Below, in pieces: positions 1-10,087 of a stretch of DNA of 63,247 nt (positions within the stretch are counted from its first letter, which is position 1; every line of letters starts with the position of its first letter). A program made the translations under genes and the position numbers. The notes below the pieces were generated by a model. The model had not been told where the DNA came from. It was given only the letters and a program-made list of their open reading frames with translations, and made no database searches. The stretch is from an uncultured Gammaproteobacteria bacterium (lineage in GTDB: Bacteria > Patescibacteriota > Microgenomatia > JAUYPR01): positions 51,350 through 114,596 of the forward strand of contig CAYJQU010000004.1 in NCBI GenBank assembly GCA_964372495.1, written 5' to 3'.

Positions 1-130
1 GACTACCAAAGATTTTACCTTCCTTAATTCTGTAAACAGAACAAAGGTCGGCTGCGTACCGATTCTGTCGGTACGATTTCTCGTAGAAAGGAGGTGATCC
101 ATCCCCAGCTTCGGCTAGGGATACCTTGTT

Positions 131-829
131 CATGTTGCTCCACCCATTACTGGGGGCATGGACTATATCTTCATCCCAAGATGCCTCGGGAGCCGACGTG
201 TAGTCTCTACGGGGTCAAGAAGGCAAACTTATACCTCATACATTCTACAAGGTATGAATCTACTAATTTGTATAGCTGCAGGGTATCCTTTTCTTCCGTT
301 GCCATCATCCATCAGCCACACAGCTAAACTCAAGGGAGATCTCAAGATGTTAACAACGTTGTTTGGAACGAATCGCTGGTTTCCGTTGTAAAACAACCTT
401 TTAATCTCCATCAGTGCTGGATGACTAACTGTTCGAAAATACCAAGAGCTGTTAAAAGGATCTAACCTCGGAGATGTTAAAACCCAATCAGTGAAAAAGT
501 TGTATTTCCACTCAACATATTCTTGATGTTTTCGATTGTGACGAACCTGAAGCCTTGCAGCTTGACCAGAGCGAGAGCTTATTAAACAGCCATCTCCTAA
601 AATTGTTCCGATTACTATTTCCTTCTGTAGCTCAGAAAGTTTAAGAGATTGCTTTAAGCTCCTTAATGCCCTAGTATTAGTAGGACCATTTGCCATCCGA
701 CTTCCCTCGGTATTGCCCCTTGACTTTAGCATAACCCAAAAGTTAACCGAAAATCAAGTAGGGTTTCACCGATATAGTCAGATTTTACCATTCAGATCGC
801 TCCGAAGGGTCGCATTGTCCTATAGTTAT
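131..829 (-). mobile_element. Group I intron inserted after the U equivalent to E. coli 16S U1498
   Basis: The 5' exon ends in U and the intron ends in G. A guide sequence GCGAC (rc of 809..813) pairs with exon GUCGU. The conserved core AGACUACACGUCGG ... CCCGAG/CUUGGG hairpin ... AAGAUAUAGUCC (rc of 155..207) matches the P7/P3'/P8/J8-7 consensus of group I ribozymes. Confidence 0.85.
229..732 (-). CDS. Intron-encoded LAGLIDADG homing endonuclease; the second domain appears truncated
   Basis: Two LAGLIDADG-type motifs are present: VIGTILGDGCL and LAVWLMDDGNG. Only about 22 aa follow the second motif. The start is uncertain (an alternative Met is at 696). Confidence 0.8.
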   Translation of the reverse strand: MLKSRGNTEGSRMANGPTNTRALRSLKQSLKLSELQKEIVIGTILGDGCLISSRSGQAARLQVRHNRKHQEYVEWKYNFFTDWVLTSPRLDPFNSSWYFRTVSHPALMEIKRLFYNGNQRFVPNNVVNILRSPLSLAVWLMDDGNGRKGYPAAIQISRFIPCRMYEV

Positions 830-967
830 ACGACTTAGTCCCCATCGCTGGATTCACCTTGGCCGGCCCTCTCCCTTGCGGGTTAAGGAGTCCGTCTTCT
901 GGTGCCCCCAACTTTGTTGGCTTGACGGGCGGTGTGTACAAGACCCGAGAACGTATTCACCGCGGCC

Positions 968-1004
<37 letters not shown>

Positions 1005-1369
1005 GGGCGAGTTGCAGCCCCCAATCTGAACTGGGGCGAAATTTCAGCGATTAGCTTCCCGTTGCCGAGTTGCATCGCGTTGTTTTTCGCCATTGTAGGG
1101 TGTGTGTTGCCCAGGGTGTAAGGGCCACGCTGACTTGACGTCATCCCCACCTTCCTCCTGTAAAATAATACAGGCAGTTCGCTGTGATTATCTAACACAG
1201 CGTGGGGGTTGCGCTCGATGGGGCACTTAAGCCTACATCTCACGACTCGAGCTGACGACAGCCGTGCAGCACCTGTGGAGCACCCTCGAAGGTCCCACGT
1301 TTCCGTGGGCTTGCAGCTCCATGTCAAACCCTGGTGAGGTGCTTCGCTTTGTATCGAATTAAACCACAC

Positions 1370-1439
<70 letters not shown>

Positions 1440-1825
1440 GATGCTTAACGCGTTAGCTTACGACAGTCATCCCGCACCAGACTTCCTACTACAAATGCAT
1501 TGCACTCTGTAACAGAAAATCAGTGCGGGACGACCATCTAGCATCCATCGTTTACGGCTTGGACTACGCAGGTCTCTAATCTGCTTCGCTCCCCAAGCTG
1601 TCGTGACTCAGCGTCAAGAAAGGTCCAGGAGCCTGCCTTCGCCTTTGGTGTTCCTCTCGATATCAACGCATTTCACTGCTCCACCGAGAATTCCAGCTCC
1701 CTCTACCTCCTTCAAGCCAGCCAGTATCTTTCCCCAATCCGAGGTTGAGCCTCGGGCTTTCAAGAAAGACTTAACAAGCCGCCTACGCACGCTTTACGCC
1801 CAGTAAATCCGGATAACGCTTGCGC

Positions 1826-1858
<33 letters not shown>

Positions 1859-2287
1859 GGCAGGCACTTATTCGTACGGTACCCTCATTGTGTTCCCGTA
1901 CAAAAGAGGTTTACAACCCGAAGGCCTTCATCCCTCACGCGGCGTCGCTGGATCAGGCTTTCGCCCATTGTCCAAGATTCCCAATTGCTGCCACCCGTAG
2001 GTGTATAGCCCGTGTCTCAGTGCTATTGTGGCTGGCCGACCTCTCAGCCCAGCTACCCGTCGTCGCCTTGGTAGGCCATTACCCTACCAACAAGCTGATG
2101 GGACGCAGGCTCATCCTAAAGTGCACTGCTGCTTTACCCTTCAGCCTTACGGCGTCAGGGACTATGCGGTATTACCCCCGATTTCTCGGGGCTATCCCCC
2201 GCTTTAGGGTAGATTCCCACGCGTTACTCACCCGTCCGCCGGTTACTCGCCTCCTTGCGGAGGCGGTCCCCATGACTTGCATACTTA

Positions 2288-2330
<43 letters not shown>

Positions 2331-2580
2331 AAATAAGAATTCGATGTGACTCTATTCTTTGTTCCTCAAAAGGAACGGGTTTATCACGTGGTCCGACAGA
2401 TGCCGGACTTTACGTGATTTTTCCTACCACTCTTCGGACTCCGAGTCAAACTCGGCTGTTTTTGCGCCATCAGGGCACAAAAAACTGAAGAGTGGATGCT
2501 CTTCAGTTGTTAAGGTACAAAAAGAAAATTGTTCAGTTGGCTTTCCAAACCAACAGCCCGAACTCATCGGACTCAAAGTT

Positions 2581-2608
2581 AGTATACCACCATCCGATAT
2601 CCTGTCAA
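2581..2608 (-). promoter_or_regulatory. Sigma70-type promoter for the rRNA operon
   Basis: On the minus strand the sequence reads TTGACA (2603..2608), a 16-nt spacer, then TATACT (2581..2586). It lies about 245 nt upstream of the mature 16S 5' end, with an AT-rich stretch upstream and leader hairpins downstream (for example 2484..2507). Confidence 0.6.
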
Positions 2609-2659
2609 GCGATGTACGGTATCATAGTTTCGTTTATACCCCGCACGAGTGGTACCAAC

Positions 2660-3121
2660 CTACAGATACTTTTGTTTCATAGCGCTAGTTTTCCTCAACT
2701 GTTCTTTTTCGCTTTCCCTCGGCCAGCGTACTTCCCAAAAATACCAGAGGGTAAGGAGGACTCCCGCACCGTAGCCTGCCCACAATATCCTTGGAGAAAG
2801 TCCAGGAACACTGGCCGCCCTGCCTGTGAGCAGAAACAGACCTACAACTCCCCACAGGAGCATTGACCACCCAAAGGCAGCAAGTTGTTTCGCAAGCAGC
2901 GATGGCTTGACCCAATCGGCTACCGCTAGCAGACAGCCAACTCCGATCACAGCGGTTATCGCAACTACGCCAAAAAATACTGGGCCCCAAGAGAAATCTC
3001 CGGGCTGCATACTCGTCCACCACGACCAATCTACAACATCATCCGCCCACGTGCGCGGCAGCGCAGGTGGCGCGAGATCAAATAGAGGAGCGCTCGGTGT
3101 TGCAGCGCTGCTGCTTTCCAT
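2660..3121 (-). CDS. Hypothetical membrane protein
   Basis: This 153-aa ORF has several hydrophobic segments (VFFGVVAITAVIGVGCLLAV, MLLWGVVGLFLL, AGVLLTLWYFW). It is preferred over the overlapping plus-strand ORF 2826..3302, which has no such features. Confidence 0.5.
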   Translation of the reverse strand: MESSSAATPSAPLFDLAPPALPRTWADDVVDWSWWTSMQPGDFSWGPVFFGVVAITAVIGVGCLLAVADWVKPSLLAKQLAAFGWSMLLWGVVGLFLLTGRAASVPGLSPRILWAGYGAGVLLTLWYFWEVRWPRESEKEQLRKTSAMKQKYL

Positions 3122-3127
3122 TGTAGG

Positions 3128-3676
3128 TTATGTTGTCCGAGGTGATCCCGATCGCTGTCCGGTCCGCTTGCGCGCGAGCACATATCGCTGTGCATTTTTG
3201 TCAAGATCCAGAAACCCGTCAGCTTCGGCGATTAGTTTTCCTGAGGTGCTTCTCCCAAACGCCATCACCTCAACGCGGCACCCCTTCGTTTCTTTCAAAT
3301 AACGCACGAGTGGCTCAAAATCCCCGTCTCCTGTGACCAACACTACAATATCCACCCGCTCGGCAAGTCGTATGACATCCATAGACATACCAACATCCCA
3401 ATCTCCCTTGCGCGCGCCACCGGCAAACACTTGTATGTCCTTCATCTTTACCTCATACCCCACCTTCACCAGCGCATCAAAAAAGGATTGTTCCTCAGGC
3501 ATATCGGCACGCACGACATAGGCGAACGCACGCGCAAGCTGCCTATCTCCCACCGCATCTTTCAATAGATTGCCAAAGTGTACATGAGTGTTATACAAAT
3601 GCCGCGCTGAATAATAGAGATTCTGCACGTCTACAAACACCGCTACTCGCTGGCTCAATGTGATCTGATTTATCAT
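3128..3676 (-). CDS. NYN-domain (LabA/DUF88-like) protein
   Basis: It has VAVFVDVQNLYY near the N-terminus and LVTGDGDFEPLV, the typical acidic motifs of LabA-type NYN nucleases. Confidence 0.8.
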   Translation of the reverse strand: MINQITLSQRVAVFVDVQNLYYSARHLYNTHVHFGNLLKDAVGDRQLARAFAYVVRADMPEEQSFFDALVKVGYEVKMKDIQVFAGGARKGDWDVGMSMDVIRLAERVDIVVLVTGDGDFEPLVRYLKETKGCRVEVMAFGRSTSGKLIAEADGFLDLDKNAQRYVLARKRTGQRSGSPRTT

Positions 3677-3702
3677 AGTGCCTATTGTATCATCCTTCAG
3701 CC

Positions 3703-4386
3703 TTACTGGGAGGGAAAGCGGATAATGGCGGCAATGTGATCCGTAGACGTGAGAACTGCCTCCTCTCCTTCCTGGAGGAGAATCTGCTGCGGATCATTAT
3801 CAGCCAGTAGCAGTGCGGGGCCCCTCGTAATAGTCACAGTGATCTTGACTGGATGGTGTAACTTCTGGGGTGGCAGCGGATGCGTCGCGTTTATAAAAGC
3901 AAGGCCGAAATCAATATCAAGTGTCTCTCGTGTAACGCTGCGGTAGTACCCGGTAGAACCAAAGCGTGTAGAGAGCAGCACCCCATCTCCCACAATAGGG
4001 AAGCAAGCAAAACCCTCCACACATACTGAAAATCGCAGCGCATGCCGTGGGTCAGCACTGTGAATGTGCACTTCGTTGAGAGCCAGCAGGAGCGCACCCC
4101 CGGCGCGACCCTCTACTTTCCGCACTTGTTCGTGGCGATATTCCTTTGCCAACAAACGGGAAATAACCTGATCGAAGCTGCCGCCAACGCACGCTCTACA
4201 GGGGTTTCCATCTCGCCACGCACACTTCGGCACTCCTGGATACTTCCGTTCAGCGGCAAGAAACGTACCATCCCCTCCTAACGCGACAACCACTTCTGGA
4301 TCTGCCTCAACAAGCTCCACTCGGTTCTGGAGCTTTCCGGAAAGCTTCTGCACTCTTGCAGGTTCACCATAGAGCGCGATCCTCAT
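3703..4386 (-). CDS. nadK: NAD(+) kinase, short form
   Basis: It carries the GGDGTFL motif, NEVHI, and STRFGSTGYYRS (the NadK C-terminal signature). At 227 aa it is shorter than typical NadK. Confidence 0.7.
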   Translation of the reverse strand: MRIALYGEPARVQKLSGKLQNRVELVEADPEVVVALGGDGTFLAAERKYPGVPKCAWRDGNPCRACVGGSFDQVISRLLAKEYRHEQVRKVEGRAGGALLLALNEVHIHSADPRHALRFSVCVEGFACFPIVGDGVLLSTRFGSTGYYRSVTRETLDIDFGLAFINATHPLPPQKLHHPVKITVTITRGPALLLADNDPQQILLQEGEEAVLTSTDHIAAIIRFPSQ

Positions 4387-4390
4387 GGCA

Positions 4391-5104
4391 CTACCACCTC
4401 CCTTTCAGTAAATCGACCAGCACTTCCCATGCCCCTCCTAGGAGATACTGCGGTGACGTGTGGCGGGCGTAGGTAAACCGAATCGCCCATTTCTCATACG
4501 ACGTAAACGGGTGGTACACGGCGCGCGTGAGGCGTCGCTCTATAGCCCTTCGTAAATCGTGTGCCGTCTTTCCAGGAAATTCGGTATAGCCGCGTCCGAA
4601 AAAGTGCGTGGTATGTGAGTCTGTCGAACCAATTTCCGCAATGTGCCACTTGGAGCTATTGCGAACCCGCCACTTGTGTATATACTCCTCGCTCCAGTCA
4701 AACAATCCTCCTACCTCAAGACCGTCAAATGGTAGGGTGTCAAGGAGTCGCATACTCAGTCCCTCTCCGGCATGCCGTTCAGGATGGGCGAGGACCGCAA
4801 GTCCCTTTTGTGCATGAATAGCAGCTACCGTATCAGCTGCGCTTTGCCGAGGACGAACACGCTCAGTAAGAAAAAGCCCGACGATATGTCCCTCTCTGCT
4901 GGTAACCTCCTGGCCAGCGATAACTTCGATAGGCAGCTTGCGTACCCGTACTTCATCTTGAATTTTCTGCACGCCCTTCATAGTATCGTGGTCAGTGATT
5001 GCCACTATATCAATTTCCGCTGCCACCAGTCCGTCAAGTAGTGTAGTGTTAGCGTACGTCCCATCAGAACTCGCTGTGTGAATATGTAGATCAGCTTTGC
5101 CCAT
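4391..5104 (-). CDS. PHP-domain metal-dependent phosphoesterase
   Basis: It has N-terminal DLHIHTASSDGT, ITDHD, AHP and TDSH histidine motifs of the PHP family. Confidence 0.75.
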   Translation of the reverse strand: MGKADLHIHTASSDGTYANTTLLDGLVAAEIDIVAITDHDTMKGVQKIQDEVRVRKLPIEVIAGQEVTSREGHIVGLFLTERVRPRQSAADTVAAIHAQKGLAVLAHPERHAGEGLSMRLLDTLPFDGLEVGGLFDWSEEYIHKWRVRNSSKWHIAEIGSTDSHTTHFFGRGYTEFPGKTAHDLRRAIERRLTRAVYHPFTSYEKWAIRFTYARHTSPQYLLGGAWEVLVDLLKGRW

Positions 5105-5114
5105 TACTATTGCC

Positions 5115-5771
5115 TCACCTCTTCCTTACCCATGTAGTTAAAAGCCCCCATAGAGCATACATTTCTGCACGTCGACGATAGAGATAGAATCCCACAATGA
5201 GGACAACGGCGACCCAAAACAGGATTTCGGTTCCGGCAAAGAAGCGCCTAAGGTACAATTCATTCTGCCCCAGGAGATACCCTGCTGTCACCCATGCGAT
5301 TGACCACACGACGGCCGAAGGCACATCATAAAGTAAGAATTGTCGGTAGGGCAAGCCGAGGGCACCGGCGGACAACGCAACCCAACTTCTTAAATATGCG
5401 GAAAAACGACCGATGAATACCATCTTGCCACCATATTGCTTCACCAGCGGCTCGACTTTCTCAATGTACCGCTTCAGCAGCGAGAAGCGTCGGATCCACT
5501 GTATCTGGGTCCTGCCCAACCAGTAATCAATGTGGTCGCCAACAAGCGCTCCGAGCGTGGACAACACGATAACCATCTCTAGATTCAAGCAACCAACGCG
5601 AGCGTAATACCCAGCGACGAGCGCAATCCAAACCCCAGGAACAATAAGTCCCAAAATGATTGAGTTCTCAAGTACGGTCCCGCCGAATACAATCGGGTAT
5701 CCCCATGTACAGACGAGCGGCTCCAGCAGTGTCTTAATCTGACTTACTGATGGCAGGCTCATTGATTGCAC
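5115..5771 (-). CDS. DedA-family membrane protein
   Basis: It is a polytopic protein with a DedA-like core (GALVGDHIDYWLGR, FIGRFSAYLRSWVALSAG). Confidence 0.7.
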   Translation of the reverse strand: MQSMSLPSVSQIKTLLEPLVCTWGYPIVFGGTVLENSIILGLIVPGVWIALVAGYYARVGCLNLEMVIVLSTLGALVGDHIDYWLGRTQIQWIRRFSLLKRYIEKVEPLVKQYGGKMVFIGRFSAYLRSWVALSAGALGLPYRQFLLYDVPSAVVWSIAWVTAGYLLGQNELYLRRFFAGTEILFWVAVVLIVGFYLYRRRAEMYALWGLLTTWVRKR

Positions 5772-6391
5772 TGCGTCATGGCTTCAGATAATCCTTTGGC
5801 AAGAGCAACTCCAACCGCCTTGACTGTCCGGTTCACCGCGCGGCGTACTAGTACACGCTCTTTTGGCATAAAGGTCCCCAGCACATACGCGTCCACCTGG
5901 TGCACCGAGGCTTTGGTGTCATGTGCGTCATAGTGCGGATGACCGATGCCGATCCGAAAGCGGACAAAGTCATCACCCCCCAATGCGGCAATAATCGACT
6001 CCACCCCTCGATGACCAGCAGACCCACCACCCCGGCGAATCTTGAGCTTACCGACTGGCAGATCAAGATCGTCATGAACTACCCAGAGGCAATCCAAGGG
6101 AATCCGATAATACGCAGTTAACTGCTTTGCTGCCTGGCCGCTGTTATTCATAAAGGTTTGCGGAAGTGCAAGGAGCACCGCATGTCCCTCGATCTCCCCT
6201 TTCCACATAAGAGACGATACGTCCTCCTGCATATGCCAGCTGGTTGCCGCAGGAGTCACCGATCTTAGCAGCCCGTCAAGCACGACAAACCCCAGATTAT
6301 GGCGCGTCTTTGTGTAGCGAGGTCCTGGGTTTCCCAGTCCCATAATAGCAATTATGTTCTCTATTTCCCCTCCCGCACGCTCATATGCCAT
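5759..6391 (-). CDS. pth: Peptidyl-tRNA hydrolase
   Basis: It has GLGNPGPRYTKTRHNLGF, and the HDDLDLPVGKLKIRRGGGSAGHRG signature. The start is placed at ATG 6391 rather than ORF-track 6463, which would overlap the upstream gene by 83 nt. Confidence 0.9.
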   Translation of the reverse strand: MAYERAGGEIENIIAIMGLGNPGPRYTKTRHNLGFVVLDGLLRSVTPAATSWHMQEDVSSLMWKGEIEGHAVLLALPQTFMNNSGQAAKQLTAYYRIPLDCLWVVHDDLDLPVGKLKIRRGGGSAGHRGVESIIAALGGDDFVRFRIGIGHPHYDAHDTKASVHQVDAYVLGTFMPKERVLVRRAVNRTVKAVGVALAKGLSEAMTQCNQ

Positions 6392-7022
6392 ACTCCCCAA
6401 GTACCCGCGTAACTTCCTCGTCCGATACCTGAGTAAAATCCTGGTAAAACTGGCCGACTGCATAAAACGATGGGGGCGTGTGTAGTACTACCAGCTCGTC
6501 AACGACTGGGGTCAGACGCTCAACTGCATCCAGAGACGCTACTGGTACCGCTACAACTACCCGCTTTGCCCCCTGGCGCTTTACCCACGCGATTGCTGCC
6601 TCCATGGTGGCACCGGTTGCTATACCGTCGTCTACGATAATGACACTCCTCCCTGATATTACTGGCAAGGATCGCTCTCCACGAAATAGCTTCTCGCGAC
6701 GGACAACTTCTGCTTTGCGCGAAACCACTGCCTGATCTATATATTCTTGAGGGACTCTCAGCGAAGAGACCACCGCCTTATCGAGCATTACTTCACCGTC
6801 CCGATCTACTGCTCCAATAGCCAGCTCCTCCTGCCCCGGCGCACCGATCTTTTGGGTAATCACGACATCAAGAGGACACGCAAGCTCTTTTGCAACCTCA
6901 TAGGCAACCACTATCCCTCCCCTAGGTACACCCAGAACAAAGGGTCGCCGGTAGCCACGAGTAACAAGGCGAGCTGCAAGCGACCGACCTGCCTCCACCC
7001 TATCCGCAAATAGCATACTCAT
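6381..7022 (-). CDS. Phosphoribosyltransferase-domain protein
   Basis: It carries the PRPP-binding loop VIIVDDGIATGATMEAA. At 213 aa it is the size of stand-alone putative PRTases. Confidence 0.7.
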   Translation of the reverse strand: MSMLFADRVEAGRSLAARLVTRGYRRPFVLGVPRGGIVVAYEVAKELACPLDVVITQKIGAPGQEELAIGAVDRDGEVMLDKAVVSSLRVPQEYIDQAVVSRKAEVVRREKLFRGERSLPVISGRSVIIVDDGIATGATMEAAIAWVKRQGAKRVVVAVPVASLDAVERLTPVVDELVVLHTPPSFYAVGQFYQDFTQVSDEEVTRVLGEYGI

Positions 7023-7033
7023 TGCAGCCTATT

Positions 7034-9508
7034 TTACCAGAGAGGCGTTACAGCAAAGATTGTGCGCAGGTTTGGCATCGTAAGAATCGCAATATGCAGG
7101 AGCACCGTCAGCACTATCGCCATATAGAGGAGTGGATTTGACCACAGCTTTGCGTGTAATCCGCGAATACCCAGCGCCGCCAATAATTGCATGCCCACCA
7201 GCGCAGTAAACGCAACCGTGCGCCCATATGCCGCGCCGCCTACCGCATAAGCAAGTACAAACAGAAACAAAGCAACAGCTGCCATAGCAAGACCGGCGCC
7301 TACTAGTGTCCTGCTATTCACCAAGCCAGATCCCTGTTGTCGTCTGCGTATCCCATCCTGTACACCGGTATCCTGGGCCAGCGCAACCGCAGGTAGTCCA
7401 TCTGTCACCATATTCATCCATAAAATCTGCCCTGCAGTAAGTGGGGTAGGTAGTGCAAGTAAAGCTGCGCCGATAATCGTAAGCATCTCACCAATGTTAC
7501 ATGCCAGGAGGTAATTGGTTGCACGAGCGGTATTGTGCGTGATGCGAGTTCCCTCCTCCACTGCTCGCATGACAGTTAAAATATTATCGTCGACAATGAT
7601 CATATCTGCAGCTTCCTTTGCAACATCTGTACCCGTTTTACCCATTGCAATTCCCACGTCGGCTTGCTTTAAAGCTGGCGCATCGTTGACGCCATCTCCA
7701 GTAACTACTGTCACTTTGCCCTTTTTTTGAAATGCACGGACCAATCTCAGTTTCTGCTCCGGACTCACACGCGCGTATACCACCACCTCATCCAGAATCT
7801 CCCCGAGTTTGTCATCCCGCATCGTCTCAAGCTGCTCGCCACTCACCACTTTCCCATCCTGCACGAGAAGTCCTGCTTCTTTCGCTATAGTAAAGGCCGT
7901 CTGCTCATGGTCACCGGTCACCATCACCACGTCAATACCAGCACTGCGCGCCCGTCGCACTGCCTCGGGTGTCTCGGCACGCAATGGATCAGACAGCGCA
8001 ACCAGCCCAATCCAGGTGAGCTCCTGCTCAACTGCCTCACGCTGGTGCACAGCCGGCGTCACCTCCCTCGTCCCAAGGCCGAGAAGCCGATAGCCCAGTT
8101 TTCCCAAGTATTCTATTTGCTCTCCTACTATCTCTCGTTTCCTTTTCGTAAGGATTCGGCGCTTGCCTGCCTCGTACACATACGTAGAGAGCGTCAGTAC
8201 CGTCTCAGGTGCCCCCTTGGTAAAGAGGATGTGATAACCATCACGTTCTACCACCACGCTCATCCTCCGGTGGCGTTGATCAAAAGAGTATTCATGCACT
8301 AGTCGATACTGACTGCGTATCTCTTCCACCGACAACCCCTGTTCTTCTACGGCCTTAAGCAGCGCCACCTCGGTGGGATCCCCTACTAGTTCAGAAGAGG
8401 ACGTTTCAGCAATATGGGCATTCACCGCTTTATTGCAGAGGGTAAGACTGAGGGTAATTGGGTCCTGTGGGGTAAGCCGTACTGCCTTTGCTCCATACAC
8501 TCGGCCAGTTGCCCCTAGCACAATCGTCCGCACACGCATGACTCCAGTAGTGAGCGTTCCAGTTTTATCGGTGCAGATAACCTGGGCACTTCCGAGCGCT
8601 TCGATGGCGTTCATTTTGCGCACGATAGCAGATTGCCTGGCCATCCGTTGTGCGCCTACCGCCAGCGCAATCGTAATAACTGCTGGCAATCCTTCTGGAA
8701 CCGCTGCAACCGCCAAGCTGAGGTTAGTAAGGAGCACCTGTTCCATTGGTTTGCCAAGTAAAAGATCCAGCAGGGTAATAACGCACACGGCAGCTAGCAC
8801 TGCAACCAACAGCTGGCGGGCTAGCCGAGTTATTTTCTGCTCAAGAGGCGTCGGAGCATCTACGATCGTAGCAATAGTACCGACTATCTGTCCCAACCGC
8901 GTGCGAGCACCGGTCGCCGTAATAATGGCGCGGATACTTCCATGTGTCACCACCGTCCCAGTAAAAAGCCTATGCTCCTCTGCCTGACCCTGCCCGGTAG
9001 TTTTTGCAACCGGTAGTGACTCTCCAGTCAGTATGGACTCATCCACCTCACCGCTGTGTGACTGAAGAACCTGCGCGTCGGCAGAAACTTTATCACCTGC
9101 TGCCAGCAGGAGGATATCATCTGGCACCAACTCACGAACCGGCACGCGGGTTTCCACACCATCACGAATTACCGTAGCCTGCGGAACAACAAGCCCTTTG
9201 AGTGCCTGAATAGTACGTTCTGCTTTGTACTCTTGCCAAAAGCCAATAATGCCCATGACAAAAAGGATGGTAAGAATGAGCGTAGCGTCGACCGCAGCAC
9301 CCAGGACGACCGCAAAGAGCGCTGCAGCTCCTAAGAGAAGAAAGAATGGATTGGTGTATTGACGAATAAACAATTCAAACAGGCTGGGACGGGATGGCTC
9401 TGGTAACTCATTCGGACCGTATTGTTGGAATAACTGCCGCGCCTGGGCTGCGGAAAGTCCAGCAGCGCTAGACGATGGAATGCCATGGATAGTAGGGAGC
9501 GGGTGCAT
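7034..9508 (-). CDS. Cation-transporting P-type ATPase (P2-type, PEGL motif)
   Basis: It has DKTGTLT at the phosphorylation site, TGES, PEGLPAV in TM4, MVTGDH and GDGVNDAPAL. Confidence 0.9.
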   Translation of the reverse strand: MHPLPTIHGIPSSSAAGLSAAQARQLFQQYGPNELPEPSRPSLFELFIRQYTNPFFLLLGAAALFAVVLGAAVDATLILTILFVMGIIGFWQEYKAERTIQALKGLVVPQATVIRDGVETRVPVRELVPDDILLLAAGDKVSADAQVLQSHSGEVDESILTGESLPVAKTTGQGQAEEHRLFTGTVVTHGSIRAIITATGARTRLGQIVGTIATIVDAPTPLEQKITRLARQLLVAVLAAVCVITLLDLLLGKPMEQVLLTNLSLAVAAVPEGLPAVITIALAVGAQRMARQSAIVRKMNAIEALGSAQVICTDKTGTLTTGVMRVRTIVLGATGRVYGAKAVRLTPQDPITLSLTLCNKAVNAHIAETSSSELVGDPTEVALLKAVEEQGLSVEEIRSQYRLVHEYSFDQRHRRMSVVVERDGYHILFTKGAPETVLTLSTYVYEAGKRRILTKRKREIVGEQIEYLGKLGYRLLGLGTREVTPAVHQREAVEQELTWIGLVALSDPLRAETPEAVRRARSAGIDVVMVTGDHEQTAFTIAKEAGLLVQDGKVVSGEQLETMRDDKLGEILDEVVVYARVSPEQKLRLVRAFQKKGKVTVVTGDGVNDAPALKQADVGIAMGKTGTDVAKEAADMIIVDDNILTVMRAVEEGTRITHNTARATNYLLACNIGEMLTIIGAALLALPTPLTAGQILWMNMVTDGLPAVALAQDTGVQDGIRRRQQGSGLVNSRTLVGAGLAMAAVALFLFVLAYAVGGAAYGRTVAFTALVGMQLLAALGIRGLHAKLWSNPLLYMAIVLTVLLHIAILTMPNLRTIFAVTPLW

Positions 9509-9515
9509 CTAGCCT

Positions 9516-9524
9516 ATCGTATCA
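9516..9524 (-). promoter_or_regulatory. Extended -10 element (TGATACGAT) 7 nt upstream of the ATPase ATG
   Basis: The minus strand reads TGATACGAT aggctag ATG. No Shine-Dalgarno sequence lies between them, so a leaderless transcript is predicted. Confidence 0.4.
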
Positions 9525-9641
9525 CGAGTTAAAGGAGAAAATCACCCTTTCGGATGACCGACAGCTGCTTGTCCTTCAACAAAATCCGTTGCTCAACTAC
9601 ATTAGTATTGCTTCTAGTCCAAATAATGTTAAATTATTTTC

Positions 9642-10064
9642 GTGTCTGAAAGACTAATTCCAAGAGCAGTTTATTTTGGTGATGAACCATCTCGGCACTA
9701 TTTTGAACTTAATTCTGAGTATGTTAAACCTCAAGATCTACTTGTTGGTGGAAAAAGATTAATTATTTCAGAAAGCGTAGTGGATAGGAGTGCTTATGAT
9801 TTAAACGCCAACACAGAAGGATTAGATTCTAGGGTAAAAGTTATTGCTCTACCTGTTTGTATCCCAGCGAGGCTCAGTAAAGGAACAATAAAAGAAATGA
9901 GGAATCTAAGAGAAAAAAGTTTATTAACCGAACTTCGAGGTGGAAGAAAAACAGATCTTGCAAGACCTTTAAGGAAAGAAGTAATAGAAGCCGTTTTACA
10001 AGAATGTCCAAATTTAGTTGAGCTTGTTGCGAGAGTTGAATCATCGATTCAAGGTGGAAAATGA
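9642..10064 (+). CDS. Hypothetical protein in an AT-rich island
   Basis: This 140-aa ORF (GTG start) stays open in roughly 30-37% G+C DNA, where stop triplets should be frequent. I recognise no motif in it. Confidence 0.5.
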   Translation: MSERLIPRAVYFGDEPSRHYFELNSEYVKPQDLLVGGKRLIISESVVDRSAYDLNANTEGLDSRVKVIALPVCIPARLSKGTIKEMRNLREKSLLTELRGGRKTDLARPLRKEVIEAVLQECPNLVELVARVESSIQGGK

Positions 10065-10087
10065 TGAACAAAGTTCAGAAGTAATTA

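Noticed and set aside
2826-3302. The 158-aa plus-strand ORF overlapping 2660..3121 and the NYN gene end.
   Set aside because: It is a Ser/Thr/Ala/Arg-rich translation without hydrophobic or catalytic features. It would collide with two co-directional minus-strand genes. The minus-strand membrane-protein frame is preferred, at modest confidence.
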